From: Chrysomallon squamiferum
Taxonomy: Eukaryota; Animalia; Mollusca
Assembly: GCA_012295275.1 (NCBI GenBank)
Contig: CM022670.1
Span: 24,304,001 to 24,368,000, forward strand
Length of the DNA: 64,000 nt
Direction of reading: 5' to 3'
Shown: piece by piece, positions 44,117-64,000 of the stretch
Layout of the letters: every line of letters begins with the position of its first letter
How positions within the stretch are numbered: the stretch's first letter is position 1
Notes under the pieces: model-generated
What the model was told of the DNA's origin: nothing
Databases searched by the model: none
The model's input: the letters and a program-made list of their open reading frames with translations, nothing else
Program-made: the position numbers and the translations under genes

Positions 44117-47100
44117 AAGAAAGAAATAAAAATAAAATATCAGTTCAAGTAAGATTAAAATATTCAAAACAATAAAATACAAAATATTCAGGAAGATCTT
44201 GATAATGGCAAGAAGTTTCTCAGGGGTTTCAAATTATGTGCAATCCATTTGAAGGGGTTTACATAAAACACAGCTTATTTTGAATAAGTTCTTGTGTCAT
44301 TCATGAAGAATTAACTTAAAAAATTAGCTGCTCACAAAACAATTACAGTTCATCTCATGTCACTACCAGAAATAATGGAAGTAATGTAATTGGTAAAATC
44401 TAGCAATCCTCGGTTTTCAGAGGTCCATCATCATTTATTCATTTTTTAATGAAGATCAAAGCTCGGGCAATTTCTCCTTACATTTTGATAAATAGCTTAA
44501 AACCATGAACAAATGTAATATTTCTGTCTTACAAGCTGGAATGGAATGCAGTACTCTGATAGAAATGAAGTGATCTTTTTACAAACAATGAAAAGTTTTC
44601 GTACTAATAAAAAGGTTAAATAAAAAGTAAGTTTGCTATTTAATGTAATTTCATTATGACAAATTTAAACTGGGCATGTAATCTGAAAGTGAAACAAAAC
44701 AAAAAATAAATAAAATTTATAATAAAATATATACATTAAATTATTGCTTAGTACAGTATATTTTATTTTATTTTATTTTGAAAGACATTTCAACTTATAT
44801 GGTGAATGTTACGCATTTCAAAAATGAGAATTTACTAGTAACACACCAAAATCAGAATTTCAGAAAATAATTTTCTTGCAAGATAGAGTAACATGAAAGG
44901 CCTGAGCCTATCTGATCTCTGCCATTTTAGTGCAATAGGCACTACATATATTTACATTTCCAACTGAATTCAGTTAACGAATATTTAAGCCTTCAAATAC
45001 CTACAGTGATAGTTTGACTTTATATTACACTGAATTATTGTATTTATCAATATAGTCAATTCCTGGATATCATCAATCAGTACCATAGCAAAAACTTTTG
45101 GCTTTTTTTTTTTTTTTGACTATTTTTATGAAACAGGTGAAAATATCAGAAAATTTAAGCTACCATTTGCACTAAAAAATAAAAACAGCATTACCCAATA
45201 ATTGTTTTTAGTACACTTCATGAAATTTTTTTCCCCCTTTCATAATTATGTGGGTTTTTTAAGGATAGTAACCATTGTGGTGCACATTATTCAGTGAAAA
45301 GAATAACAAAATTGTGACTAGCACTGTTAAATGACAAACTGATTTTCAAAATGTTGTAAGTGCTGCTGAAGGGAAATAAACAATGAAAGCTAATGATAAA
45401 GAATTTTATCTTAAAAATAAAGCTGGAATTGACCAGATGACAGTAATAAAGTAGGTGATTTATATTTACATTTAAAGAATGTAATAAGCCAGAATTTAAA
45501 ATTTAAAGTTTTTAAAATAAATATATGCAATTCATTTAATGGATTTTTAAAATAAATTGTATTGAATGTGGTTCATTTATTTATTAAAAAAAAACAAAAA
45601 AAAAACAACAAAAATACAAAGAAAACAACAAAAAAAACCTGAGATATGTACACAAACAAGAAAATAATATGTGCATGTTATAAAGTGCTTTGGGTTGAAA
45701 GTAAACAAACAATGATATGCAACACCCAAATAATCTTCTGTTCTTCGTTACTTTTATTGCATTTTTTTCAGGTTAAAATATCTGGGTGGGTGTTGTAAAT
45801 GTGGATTTCACTTTACTCAAGTTAATACAAGTAAATAACTGATGTATTCAATAGATACACATTTCATGTGATTTAAAATTTAAATAAACATTTATTCATC
45901 AGACCATTTAGCAGTGAAATAACACTGAGGATATTCAGGTCAATCATTCCACATTTCAACTCGATGTGAAAACAGCCCACAGGGTTTATTTGTAAAGAAA
46001 ACATTCAGTAGACTACATAAACACATCTTCACATATATATGTACACACAAATGAAAAAAAATCAAAAAAATAATATATATATATATATCTAAAAAACACA
46101 ATTTTTTGATAATGATTAGCTTACCTGTATAAATGACTTAACAAAATATATAATACTTTGAAAATAATAAATGAAAATCACACCACTCAGAAACAGCTTT
46201 ACCTGTCATAATCAATCACAGAGGTAAATTATTCCATATTAAACTGCTTGTAAAAATTGTGCAAAAGGGTTATTATTCCATTTTTTTTAAATTAAATATA
46301 AGCATTAATTTCTTAAAAATGAACAATAATAATAAAAAAAGTGATTTTCTGATAATATATTTTTAACCTGAATAAGTGAGTTACAAAATTTCCTATCTGG
46401 AATTATATAAAGGTTTGAAAACAAAAATCATTCCACTAAGTAACAGCTAGAGGAATGGACACAGGCAACAATTGTAAATGAAAATGGTTTGAAATGCATT
46501 GCATTCCTGTCAGACAAAGAACTGTATTGAAAGAGAAATTCAGCTGTTCTCTGTGGTCTCTATACAATACACACACACAGTACATTCAAGTAAATAATGG
46601 AAGAAAAGGAAAGCGACATATTGTTACTAAAAACCAATCCATTCATTTTCATTGATAATAGAACACTTAGCAACACATTTTTCTGACATCTTAATAAAAC
46701 TGAATAGGTTGACATGGTCATACTGCATTGCTTGTAATGACACTCTACTGTGTAAATCTAATGTACTGCATTGCATAAAGTGAATCTTTTGGAATAGACT
46801 GGTTGAAAACCATCCTGGAATGCATAGGGTAAATAATGATATATATTACATACTGGAATATATATGTAAATAATAATATGTAAGATAATACTGGCTAAAT
46901 ATTGAAATTGTATACTTAGAATCCACAGTGTAAATAATGAAGTATGAAGGGTTAACAAGTTTCAAAGGAAGAGTCAAATTAGTTACCAAGTGTTGTTTTT
47001 TAAATCCTATTCTTTTAGAAACTGGATCCCAAACATTTATATTTCTCTCTTTATTCCAGTATCTGATAATTTTCATCATGTGCCAATTTGTCAGGTCCTC

Positions 47101-50100
47101 ACTAAAAAGCTTTTTCTGTTCTTTTTCTTCAGCTCGACTGGTGTGATTTTTTTTTTGTTTATATATATATATATATTTTTTTTTTAGATCAGAAGAAAAC
47201 ATATGCAGTTATTCATCAGAATAAACTGAAATGTAGGCCAAAAACAAATTAATGTTAAAATTCATACTGATTAAAACCTGCAACACAGTGATCACAGTAC
47301 AAGTATTTTGTAACATCAGCAGTGCCAAATTTTTTCACAAAAAGATAGAAAACAAATGCTTGAACTGAAAAGTTTCTAAGAAAATTTTTTCAATTTAAAA
47401 AAGAAAAACATTGTTTTGAAGGGAAATTTATACACTTTCAGATGAGATTAATTGTAAGCCTCCTTGGTGATTGTGGAAAGGGCAGAAGACTACAAATGAA
47501 ACTGTGTGCATTTTCTGATGCATAGGAAGGCATGCCATGCTGTGTGTGAATGAGCTGAAATGGCACAATTCCTCAAAAAATAATTATAAAATTTGCTCAC
47601 TTTCACCAAACAAAAACAAACAGTACAACTGAAAAGGGCAAATACTGTGCTATACATTTTATGCTCTTTTGAAAAAAAAGTTTATGTGTGCTGAGCTGGG
47701 AATAGATAACAGTTTAGAGGCAGCTGTGCAGTGCATGTGACAGTATCTAATTCTATATGCTGTAATGAAAGCTAATTTTTATTGCCACCACAATTTTGCC
47801 TATAATTTCTGCAGTACAGATTCTAATAATTATCATCTGAATGTTTCCAGCCTGTTGTTGGCCTTATGCCAAACGGTCAGGCTGAAGGATTAAAGGGCAT
47901 GGCTTTGAAATTATACAATTCCAGACCAGAGGTCATTAATTATGTAAATGGACATATTTTGTTACAGTTTTCAAACCTAAACATTTCTCTCATAATTGGT
48001 TTATGTATAAAGTTTAATTTTATTTACAATCTTCTATTAAATAAGTTGGAAGAATGGGAATCTCTGGGGTGTGGAGAATTAGAATTTGTAGTCAAGATAT
48101 TGATGACTTTAGTGTGAAGATCAAAGACATGCAATATTTTTACTTGACTGAAAATAATATATCCCACACTAACACACATTAAGGGATAAAAAAAAAATTT
48201 AGCTCAACTATTTTTATATATTTGTTCTCACTATTATATATTTAAACCACCTGCTGTGAAAGATGAAGCCTTTTTCATGGCTGTTAAGGTATATATATAC
48301 ATTTTTCACATTCTCTGCATGTAGCACTCACAGAGTCAGATACACTGCTAGTGATATATATTTTTTTTAAAGCAAGTTGATAAAAGATTTCATTTTCAGC
48401 ATCTTTTGTTAACTGCAAAATTTTCTAAAATGATTCACATGATGCTTGACCTCTGCTGACTTATGACACACATTCCCCACACCTGTTCATTCAGCCTTAA
48501 AAAATTACCTTCTTTAAAACATTAATCTTATCACTTAGTTCCATTGCAAGTTTAACGAACAGCAAAGTTTTGTTAATGTTTTATCATTTATTTTAATAAC
48601 CAAAACATCATATGCAATAGTCCATTCATCCATGCACAAAAATAACCATCTGTTGCAAGTCTGATAAATGACTGGAAAGTGACATCATTTTTAAACCTAG
48701 GCAAGCTGTCAATGACAATGCTGATGAAAGGCAAGTGAACACCGATTTATTCAAATGTATTTCAGACACATCTGTGCAGCACATATTACACAGCTTTATT
48801 TTCACTATGCTTTCAGCAATTACAATAGGACTTTTCTTTATAAATAAGAAAGACCCCAGTTTAAAATCAACAACACTAGATAAACACTGTTCTTTTTACT
48901 GTTTTACTACATGAGGTCAATGCCAATGGTGGTATATGAGAACAGTTTCTTCAACACCAAAAGTGTTGAACTTTGGGAACATGGCACACAATTCAATGTG
49001 ATTTTAATGAAATGTTTCTGTGTTGGGATATGGATTTGATGCTGTAAATAATATTACATGCTGACTGCAAAGTTGTAGACTAACACTAAAACAAAGAAGT
49101 TGAAATGACTTTAGGATGATAACCCTGAAGCCTGAGGAAAGATTTTATCAGCCCATAATAGCAACACAAAAACAACCATTAGCACATGCTCAATATCTTC
49201 TGAAGATTTCTAAAATTAATAAACCCAATATTTTATTTTCTCCAATTACATTTTGTGATCAATTTTTCAAATATAAAATACTAGTAATAGGAAAAATAAA
49301 AATTAAATGAATTAGCTTCTTAAATTTGCAACTGAAATAAGAAATGTTACAGAAAAGTATCATTATTTTCAAAAATATTCACCACTGCTCAAGTAAATAT
49401 AGGCCTAACAGAGTTTAGAATGTTTTGAGTTTGTTTTTCTGAATACCACAACAACTGCCTTTTGATTAATTTTCTATGATCAATTATTAAATGTCAAATG
49501 TTTGGTAATACACAGCTCATACTTAAAATATTCTACAGTTTATTAGCTATTTAGTGCAGATGTTACCTGTTTTATCTTCATGTATATATATATATATATA
49601 TATATATATCTCATACATGCATACATACACATTTATATAAACATACATGTATACATTCATACACACATACAGACATGTAAATATACATATACATTTTACA
49701 TTTAAATATACTTTTAAGCATGTGTGTACAACTGTGTAGGTTGTGAATAGTGATATGAAGTATGACAACATTAGATTGATGCAAGATACATTTACGAATC
49801 TGAACTTACAGACAGAACTATAAATTACAGTGTAACCTTTTGGTCATTTTAACTATTTGTGTGTCCAGTGAGATGACCCGGTCATGTAGGTTTTAATTGA
49901 CTGTTAATAAATATTATTTATTACTGTCAACTGTATTAGTCCATCAGAAATGAACATAACACCAAAGGCTAGTGGTCTCACACACATACACAGACAGACA
50001 GACAAGCATCAATTAGACACTGTAACAACAATATGTAGATATTCTGTCATCTGATTAGTAGCAGTACACACCAAGGTCATTTCAAGCAGTCTGACTGTCT

Positions 50101-50592
50101 CACAAATTTGGTATGAGGCTTGTTAAACAGGAAACCATGTCATTTATTTTTATCTCAAGTGCAAACAACACACCTACTCAGGTTAACAAAGTTCACAGAG
50201 AAGCTTTGTGACATCTTTCAAGCTTCTTAAAACCTGTAAGAGAGAATCTTTAACTGGCAAAATACTTCTCTCATCAAGATGTCTGAAAAGTGAAACCAGA
50301 ATATTTTGTTAAGTGATCTCAGAAGTTACAGAACACATTTATGATGTCAAACGTGATGTCATACTGCTATCTGAAACAAATAAAAACATTAATTAAATGA
50401 ATAAATCAAAATTATGAGGAATGTATGACAGTACCCAAATAACACTCACTGCTACAACAATAAGGACTGCCATTTACGAGGAATCTTTTAAAATAAAGAA
50501 GTTTGCATTTTCTTGATGTTATGGCCATAGCATAACAAATAAACTTTTGTTCCTGAAAGGTGATATTCACTTACACATGATAATGCTTTGAT

Positions 50593-50648
50593 ATCTAACC
50601 AATGAAATCTGACCATTGAAATCTGACCAATGAAATCTAACCATTTAA
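50593..50648. repeat. 14-bp minisatellite, 4 copies (ATCTRACCAWTGAA)
   Basis: ATCTAACCAATGAA ATCTGACCATTGAA ATCTGACCAATGAA ATCTAACCATTTAA. Confidence 0.85.
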
Positions 50649-51513
50649 AGGCAATTTAATTCAATTTAAAAACAAGCTAATTTTGAAGAATATATGTCAA
50701 ATTTGAAATTAACAATTTTAAAACTTGTCAATTTTAGTTCTTGAAATTAGCAGTGTTAAGACTTACCATATTATTCACACAAAACAATTACAATAATGTA
50801 TAGATATATATATGTGTGTGTGTGTGTGTGTGGTGTGTGTGTGTGTGTGCGCGCGCGCAATACAAATTAAATTGCTTTAACCTTATATCAGTATAATGTG
50901 CTGCATTTATTTCATAAATATTAACTTTACGAAACAATAATAATAAAATGAAACCACCAAAAAAAAAAAAAAAAAGTCATTTACAAAGAAAACCAAAACA
51001 GACAGAAAAATGTTTTTCTATCGCAGATGAAATCTGATGAGTTTTACTTTGCATCTGAGAAGTCACCGTGTCCCAGTCTACACTTACATGTGTGTATTTA
51101 ACTACAGTTGATGTCATACCATAAACACACAAAGGTGCAACACTGTGTCATCATGGGTGTAGACATGTACAAAAACTAGCTTCACGCGAGGTATAAAGTT
51201 AAAACGACAAGCACATCATCTAATGTGTGTAACCTGTAATTGTCATGTTTGGTTTTCAGTTTTAATGAACTCATGTCTATGTAATTTTTATGGTTATTTC
51301 ATGCAGCACAAAATTAAACATGTCATGGTACTATGCCATAACAATCTCATCCCAGACAGTTTAATGTTCTAGCCTTAAAGACTAATTTGAGAGTTACATG
51401 GTAAATAAAAATGAAATATAAGTGTAAAATAATGGCTAAACATTGCTGTCAACATATCCCGTAATACAGTAAGAAGTAAAACAAACATTTACTTATTTTC
51501 TTTCTTTTTTTTT

Positions 51514-51549
<36 letters not shown>

Positions 51550-53759
51550 CTTAATAAATTTCAACTGATTAAACCAAAAGGAAATAAGAACATATCTAAA
51601 ATTAGAAATTTTTTCTTTTAATTTCCAAGAAATTTCAAATGAAAGTCCAGATATTCTTTATGATTAAACCCAAGAAAAAAAATGTCTAATTAACAGAATC
51701 AAAAATAATAATATAAACTGGATAGAGACCATGTTTTATTTCTATAAAACAACTTCTAAATCACTGTTTTAACATTTATACCCAAGTAATTTGGTTCCAA
51801 CACATCAAATTGGTTGATGTGTTTTTTGTTACTAAAGATGTTTGCCAAGCGTTTGTGGGATGTCACAAACTTTGTTTTTCCAGCACTTGACTGGAAAAGG
51901 ACAGCACTTACTACAATAACCATGTGTTTACATAGAAAGTACACCCACCATTACCAACCACCAACTTACAAGATGACCAGGATAAGACCAGTCAATATGT
52001 ACGTTAAAGTAAATAACAGTTCTCATCTTTTACTACAGGATTAGCCTTGTCTTTTTTTTTTTTTTTTAGTTTTAACTGGTATTTTTCAACATCTGTAAAT
52101 CAGTTTCATTTTTGAAACACAACTTAATTTTTGATATATAATTTATGAGCTTTTTATTTTTATCTGGTAATTTCATGTAATGCATACATTTATTGTTTAT
52201 TATTTCTGAAAAACAACATGCTTTGCTATTTCTGACATATGAATACAAGCATGATAACAATTTATTAAAAACAAAAACTGGCACATCATAAATTGACTTA
52301 AAACATGAAATACTTCATTTATCTGACAGTGTGCAAAAGAAGAATGGCTTCAATATGGCTGTGAACATGATCATGGAAATTGAGTAACTAAAATATTTTT
52401 TAACCTGAATAGTCTAGAACCAATAAAAATGATTTTCTTATTGGAAATAAAAAATCACAACTAAATAATTGATAATAATAAATAAAAAATACAATGGGAT
52501 ATATATTTGGTCAAAAAAATAAAAAAAAATTAATTTTTTTTTAAAAAAATTATTCACTTTTTAAATAAGAATTTTAATTATTTTGCGGTATTTGTCATAT
52601 GTCATATTACTGCTGATAATATTTACTGCAAGTTGAAAATCAAACAGCTGAGTAGAGAAAATTGCTGTTATTTCAGAATTAGACTCATCTCAGTGACTCA
52701 CATCTACATATAAAAAGAGCAGCCTAAAATCATTTATCTCTTACATGCATGAATGCGCACGCACAGAGACACACACATACAAGGGGTTGAGAAGTGCATA
52801 GCTGAGGTCCATCCCTAGATGTGTCAACAAAATAAACTAAAAACTGTCCCACGGTGTTAGCTGTGTGGAATTTTTGCAGTTATGGTGGGTGTCATGTCGT
52901 AATTCACAGTAGAAATGTGTGGCAATGTAGCCAATGTCATTAATTTTTCTACGAATCCATTCTGATAGACACCAGTTACATAAAGATATATTTTTAAAAA
53001 GAGAATGTGTGTGTGTGTGTGTGATTTAATATATGGTGGTCAGTATTAAATTATACATCCTCATGTCATGTGTAATAATATTAGCATGGTTTGCTGCCAA
53101 ATACAATAGTTACAATTTACCAATTTGTATTTATTATTTTAATATTCTATATATATTACAGCTAAATATTTTAAAATGTCAAAAATAATGTTTATACATT
53201 GTAAACAGTCACTTCGTTGATTACGATATTGTTTATTTATTATCATTATTTTAAAAATTGTTTGTTTTATACGTTTAAACATGACATTTACTGATACCAC
53301 CAAATGCAAGCATACGATAAACATTTAAATTTTATAATACAACGCAATTGTTAAATGGTAATTTTTAAATCACACACGGTAGAGAGTTATTAGTAAACAA
53401 CATTTTTATATTATTTGCGTTAGTTCAAATAATTCTAATTTGTTAAAGATAAATATATAAATAATTAGAATGCTGTTGTGTGTTATAATGCGCCACAAAT
53501 TAGCAGCTGTATTCACCGCAGCTCTGTTGTACAAACAACATTTAGAATGCATGGAACGGGGATTGTAAGTAGTGGAGGACAGCACTTGAAAAAGCCACAT
53601 CACCAGTTTTGTGGCTGCTGGTTTATCAACAACAATCTAATTAAACAAATTAAATATGCTGTAATAAAAAATGTAATTCATATACATACACTATATATTA
53701 AATTGCAGGTGACAAAAATTAAAATTAAAAGTTTTTTTTTTTTTTTTTTTAAACACGTA

Positions 53760-53915
53760 CCTATGAAGCTGTAAACACTGTCCCAAGTTTGCTAAGTGTT
53801 TGGTTTGTCACAGAACATCCAATGAATCACCTAGACGCGTAGGCGTGGTTTTAAAGCCTTGAAAAGTAGTACGGTAGGCTAGTAGAGACATAATTTAGTT
53901 TTGTGACGTCCACCT
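53760..53915 (-). promoter_or_regulatory. Candidate distal non-coding first exon/promoter on the minus strand, probably of the thymosin gene
   Basis: Minus-strand donor ATAG|GTACGT at ~53760; CpGs reappear (ACGCGTAGGCGTGG) and a CRE-like TGACGTC lies at ~53904. The first coding exon begins with an acceptor at 40166, so an upstream UTR exon must exist. Confidence 0.4.
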
Positions 53916-56147
53916 ATGAATCAGTATGATAAGCGAGTTAACTTTTAAAATAATTTGAAAACTGTTGGTATATATTATGTTGCATTATCTTACAGTTTTA
54001 TACTGAAAATTCAGCAGCAGAGTTGGTATCAGTAGGAGCGTGAATAGTAAAAGTTTTAACTGTAGCAGAAAAGGCCAGTGAATAAAGATAACAGAAAAAA
54101 TAAAAAAATAAAAAAAATAAAATAAATAAAATAAAATAAAATAAAATAAAATAAATTAGTATTTAATGCTACGGAAACTTAATAAACGATCAAAAACATA
54201 CATTTGTAAATAGCAGACTGACACTTTCTTTCCACTGATATACAAAATTAATATATTCAAACATCTGCTGAAACTAATTTTGTAAATGCAGTAACTAAAG
54301 ATGGTGCTATTCCCTTCGGTGGTGGTGTTGGTGGGTCGTGGTTTCTAGAAGGTCGGCTTTCAAGATTAGAAAATGAAAATAATAATGAAAAACTATACGC
54401 AAATCACATATAATCGATAAAGTGCTTATTATATAAACAGCTCATATAAAGGCTAGTGGCATGAAGTCTATAAATTAAAAATATTTATGCTGTACTTTTC
54501 TTCTTCTTTCTTTTTATTTTCAGTGTTCAATTTAACCCTTGTTTGTCAAGAATTTGGTCTATCCGATTTACATTTTAATCCTTAACCTAATTGGTCAGCC
54601 ACGTCTAACTACATTTTTTGAATGTTAAGAACTTGAGAGGAAAACAAATCAAGAAAAGAAACGGAAGAAGTAACGAAAAAAGAAAAGTAAAAAGCTGAAT
54701 TTATTTGCGTTGTATACAATAATCAAACAGTTTACAATAATCATGGTCTTTAAAATTTTTAACCTATGTATTAAAGAACAAAAAAGAAAAAAAAAAAATT
54801 ATTCATAGCCTTGATTATAGACTTCATAGGGAGGATTCTGATTGGTTGAAAGCTATATTTACCCCAACCCTTGCATCAAGCGGGACTTAAACGCAGGATT
54901 AGTTCCTTCCCATTTTCTCTCATTTATTATGTACTTTTTCAAAAGACAGTTTAAAGTGTATTTCGTTTTACAAAATCACTGAACAGCATACAATACGAAA
55001 TACATGTAAGTTTACTGCACCTATTGATAACACAAATACGAAACGCACACTACCATTATATTAAAGTATATTTCTACGGCTGTGCTAAACACTTAAAACA
55101 GACTGTAACGAGGAAGTCACGTCTCACATTGACGTTTGACTAGAGCGCGCCAATTTGATTTCAAAAAGCGCAACACTGGTTGCTTCATAAAAAGTGTGGA
55201 CAAATAAATAAATAAATATATAAGACATTAAATGTAAAATAAAATAAAATAAAATAAAAGATGATAATTTAAATTAAAAAAATAAACAATAATAATAAAA
55301 AGATGATTACGATTAAATTTAAAATAAATTATAGTATGGCATCTTTATTTCACTTAAATAAATAAAGATTAAACAACTTTATTCAGTTTTAATAATAATA
55401 ATAATAATAATAATAATATTTAATAATAATAATTTAATAATAATAAATTTATTTCCTTTTACATTAGTTTATATATGTAAACTGTTTATGACTGACAAGC
55501 TCATAAAAATGCAAAGCTTTGTGCAAAAAATAAAAACAAAATATAAACAGCAACAGACTCCCACACAAAAATTAAAAATAAACGCACACACACACGGCCG
55601 AAACTAGACTTTTTGAAATGAGGCAAAAATACTTAATCGCCGACAAAAATTGGAGACATGACTTGAGTGCTATCATGACAGTAAATTACAATATACCCTG
55701 CATCAGGGCAAGAACTACTGCAGTTAAAGAGATACAAAATTCCAAACTTTGCAAAATAGTACAAATTACAGTTCTCAGTGAAATATTCTCCAACTGAATC
55801 AGTTGGAAGCTGAATATTTTACAAAATAATTATGACAGATGCATGAAACTTTGCATTGTTGTTTGTTTTACTCATGTCTAGCAAATGGTTCTGCTTTAAT
55901 TAATTTGGTTTCATATATAAATTTTGCTTCGTGCTATTTAATAATTAAACAGTATGATATTGTCAGGATATGACATGGTCATTACAGACATGTCTGCACA
56001 TTTTGATCACCGTATATTTTATTTACCCTGCTAATTAAATAATTCCTATAGCCTAGTCACCTCGGAACAAATAATACTTCCTAATGCATCCACTGGGCAG
56101 ATATGTTAATACCAGACAAAATAATATTATAGATTTACAGATTAATT

Positions 56148-56187
<40 letters not shown>

Positions 56188-56275
56188 TATATTTTTCATA
56201 TTTATATTTATTTTATTTGTTTTAAAATGTTTAAATAAAGCTATTGTAATTTAGCCGCGCTTTAGTAAATCAACG

Positions 56276-56290
56276 GTGCCCCCTAGTGTC
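56276..56290 (-). promoter_or_regulatory. CTCF-like motif
   Basis: Reverse complement GACACTAGGGGGCAC differs at one position from the CCACYAGRKGGCRC core consensus. Confidence 0.5.
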
Positions 56291-56320
56291 GGAAAATACG
56301 AATAGCATTTATTAAAAACG

Positions 56321-56806
56321 TGACGTCATTCGGTAATGAGTAGGCTATGTGCCCCATAACATGAATAACCTGCATGTAATCTGTAATTCACGAATGTTGG
56401 CAATATAAATTACAAAAGTTAATTTTGGATTTCTATAAAAGTCTTCTTCTATTTACTAAAATTAGATTTTTATAAATAAAATAGTTCATATAAAATAGAT
56501 TATAAATATGATGTTTTAATAGACACATTCAGGGCTTGCCACGGCACCTGACCAAGAAGAACGGACTCTGCAGTGTCTTTGTTATTTAGTGAATTGTTGA
56601 TTTAATGTAACTTTTTTTTTCCAATTAGAGTTGTTCCAAACCCCCCCAAAAAAATAAGAAAAAGAAACTAACTTTATTACAAACGGAAGTGTATTTAATT
56701 GCTGTTTGGAACTTAATTTAGTATAGGATAAGACTATCGATATACATTTTTACTTGGTAAACGAACATTCACGAAATTTCCATGAAGAATCTGGATCCGC
56801 CATCTT
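56321..56806 (+). promoter_or_regulatory. OGT proximal promoter motifs
   Basis: Perfect CRE TGACGTCA 56321-56328, ETS-type CGGAAGTG 56684-56691, DRE TATCGATA 56735-56742 and YY1-type CCGCCATCTT 56797-56806, just upstream of the ATG; a housekeeping-type set. Motif matches only. Confidence 0.55.
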
Positions 56807-56823
56807 GGACGGAGTTCAAAGAG

Positions 56824-63752
<6,929 letters not shown>

Positions 63753-64000
63753 TAAATTTACTGCTGCACATTGTCTTAATATAGAGAAAGAGTGAAAAAT
63801 CAAGCTACCAGTGTAAAGAAAGTTACGCTAATACTATTTAGAAATGTTGGACACAACTTTTTTTTTTTAAAATGGCCCTGTCATTTTAACCACCTTAAAA
63901 TGCAGTAATATGATTCAGAAACAAAATGCATCATAAACTACAAAAACCATAAATGTAACAAGTTTTTTCCTTAAATGACTAGAAGCATTTAATGTTAGCC

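Noticed and set aside
50593-50648. Short direct repeats as a CRISPR array
   Set aside because: No spacers, eukaryotic context, no cas genes.
55690-56016. Possible MITE with TATAC...GTATA ends
   Set aside because: Terminal inverted match is too short and degenerate to support.

Overview
AT-rich, intron-rich animal genomic DNA. A mollusc, possibly a gastropod, is inferred from composition, HSPA12 and SINE-like remnants, not proven. Most ORFs in the track are spurious or single-exon fragments, so I rebuilt genes by hand from GT-AG junctions. In order: (1) the 3' nine exons of an SLC36/AVT3-type amino-acid transporter (+, to 6464); (2) a single-exon GT32/DXD glycosyltransferase (+, 13162-14286); (3) an HSPA12-type atypical Hsp70 (-, 4 coding exons, 618 aa); (4) head-to-head with it, a 427-aa coiled-coil protein with a MIEAP-like C-terminal domain (+, 6 coding exons); (5) a multi-repeat beta-thymosin gene (-) with 5 intact repeat exons plus 2-3 decayed repeat exons; (6) the first 11 exons of O-GlcNAc transferase OGT (+), running off the window. 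The two strongest leads are (a) a structured, CpG-rich element around a candidate poison/decoy exon in OGT intron 4, the intron position that is detained and O-GlcNAc-regulated in mammals, and (b) the tightly divergent HSPA12 / MIEAP-domain pair, a candidate Hsp70 plus dedicated co-chaperone module.
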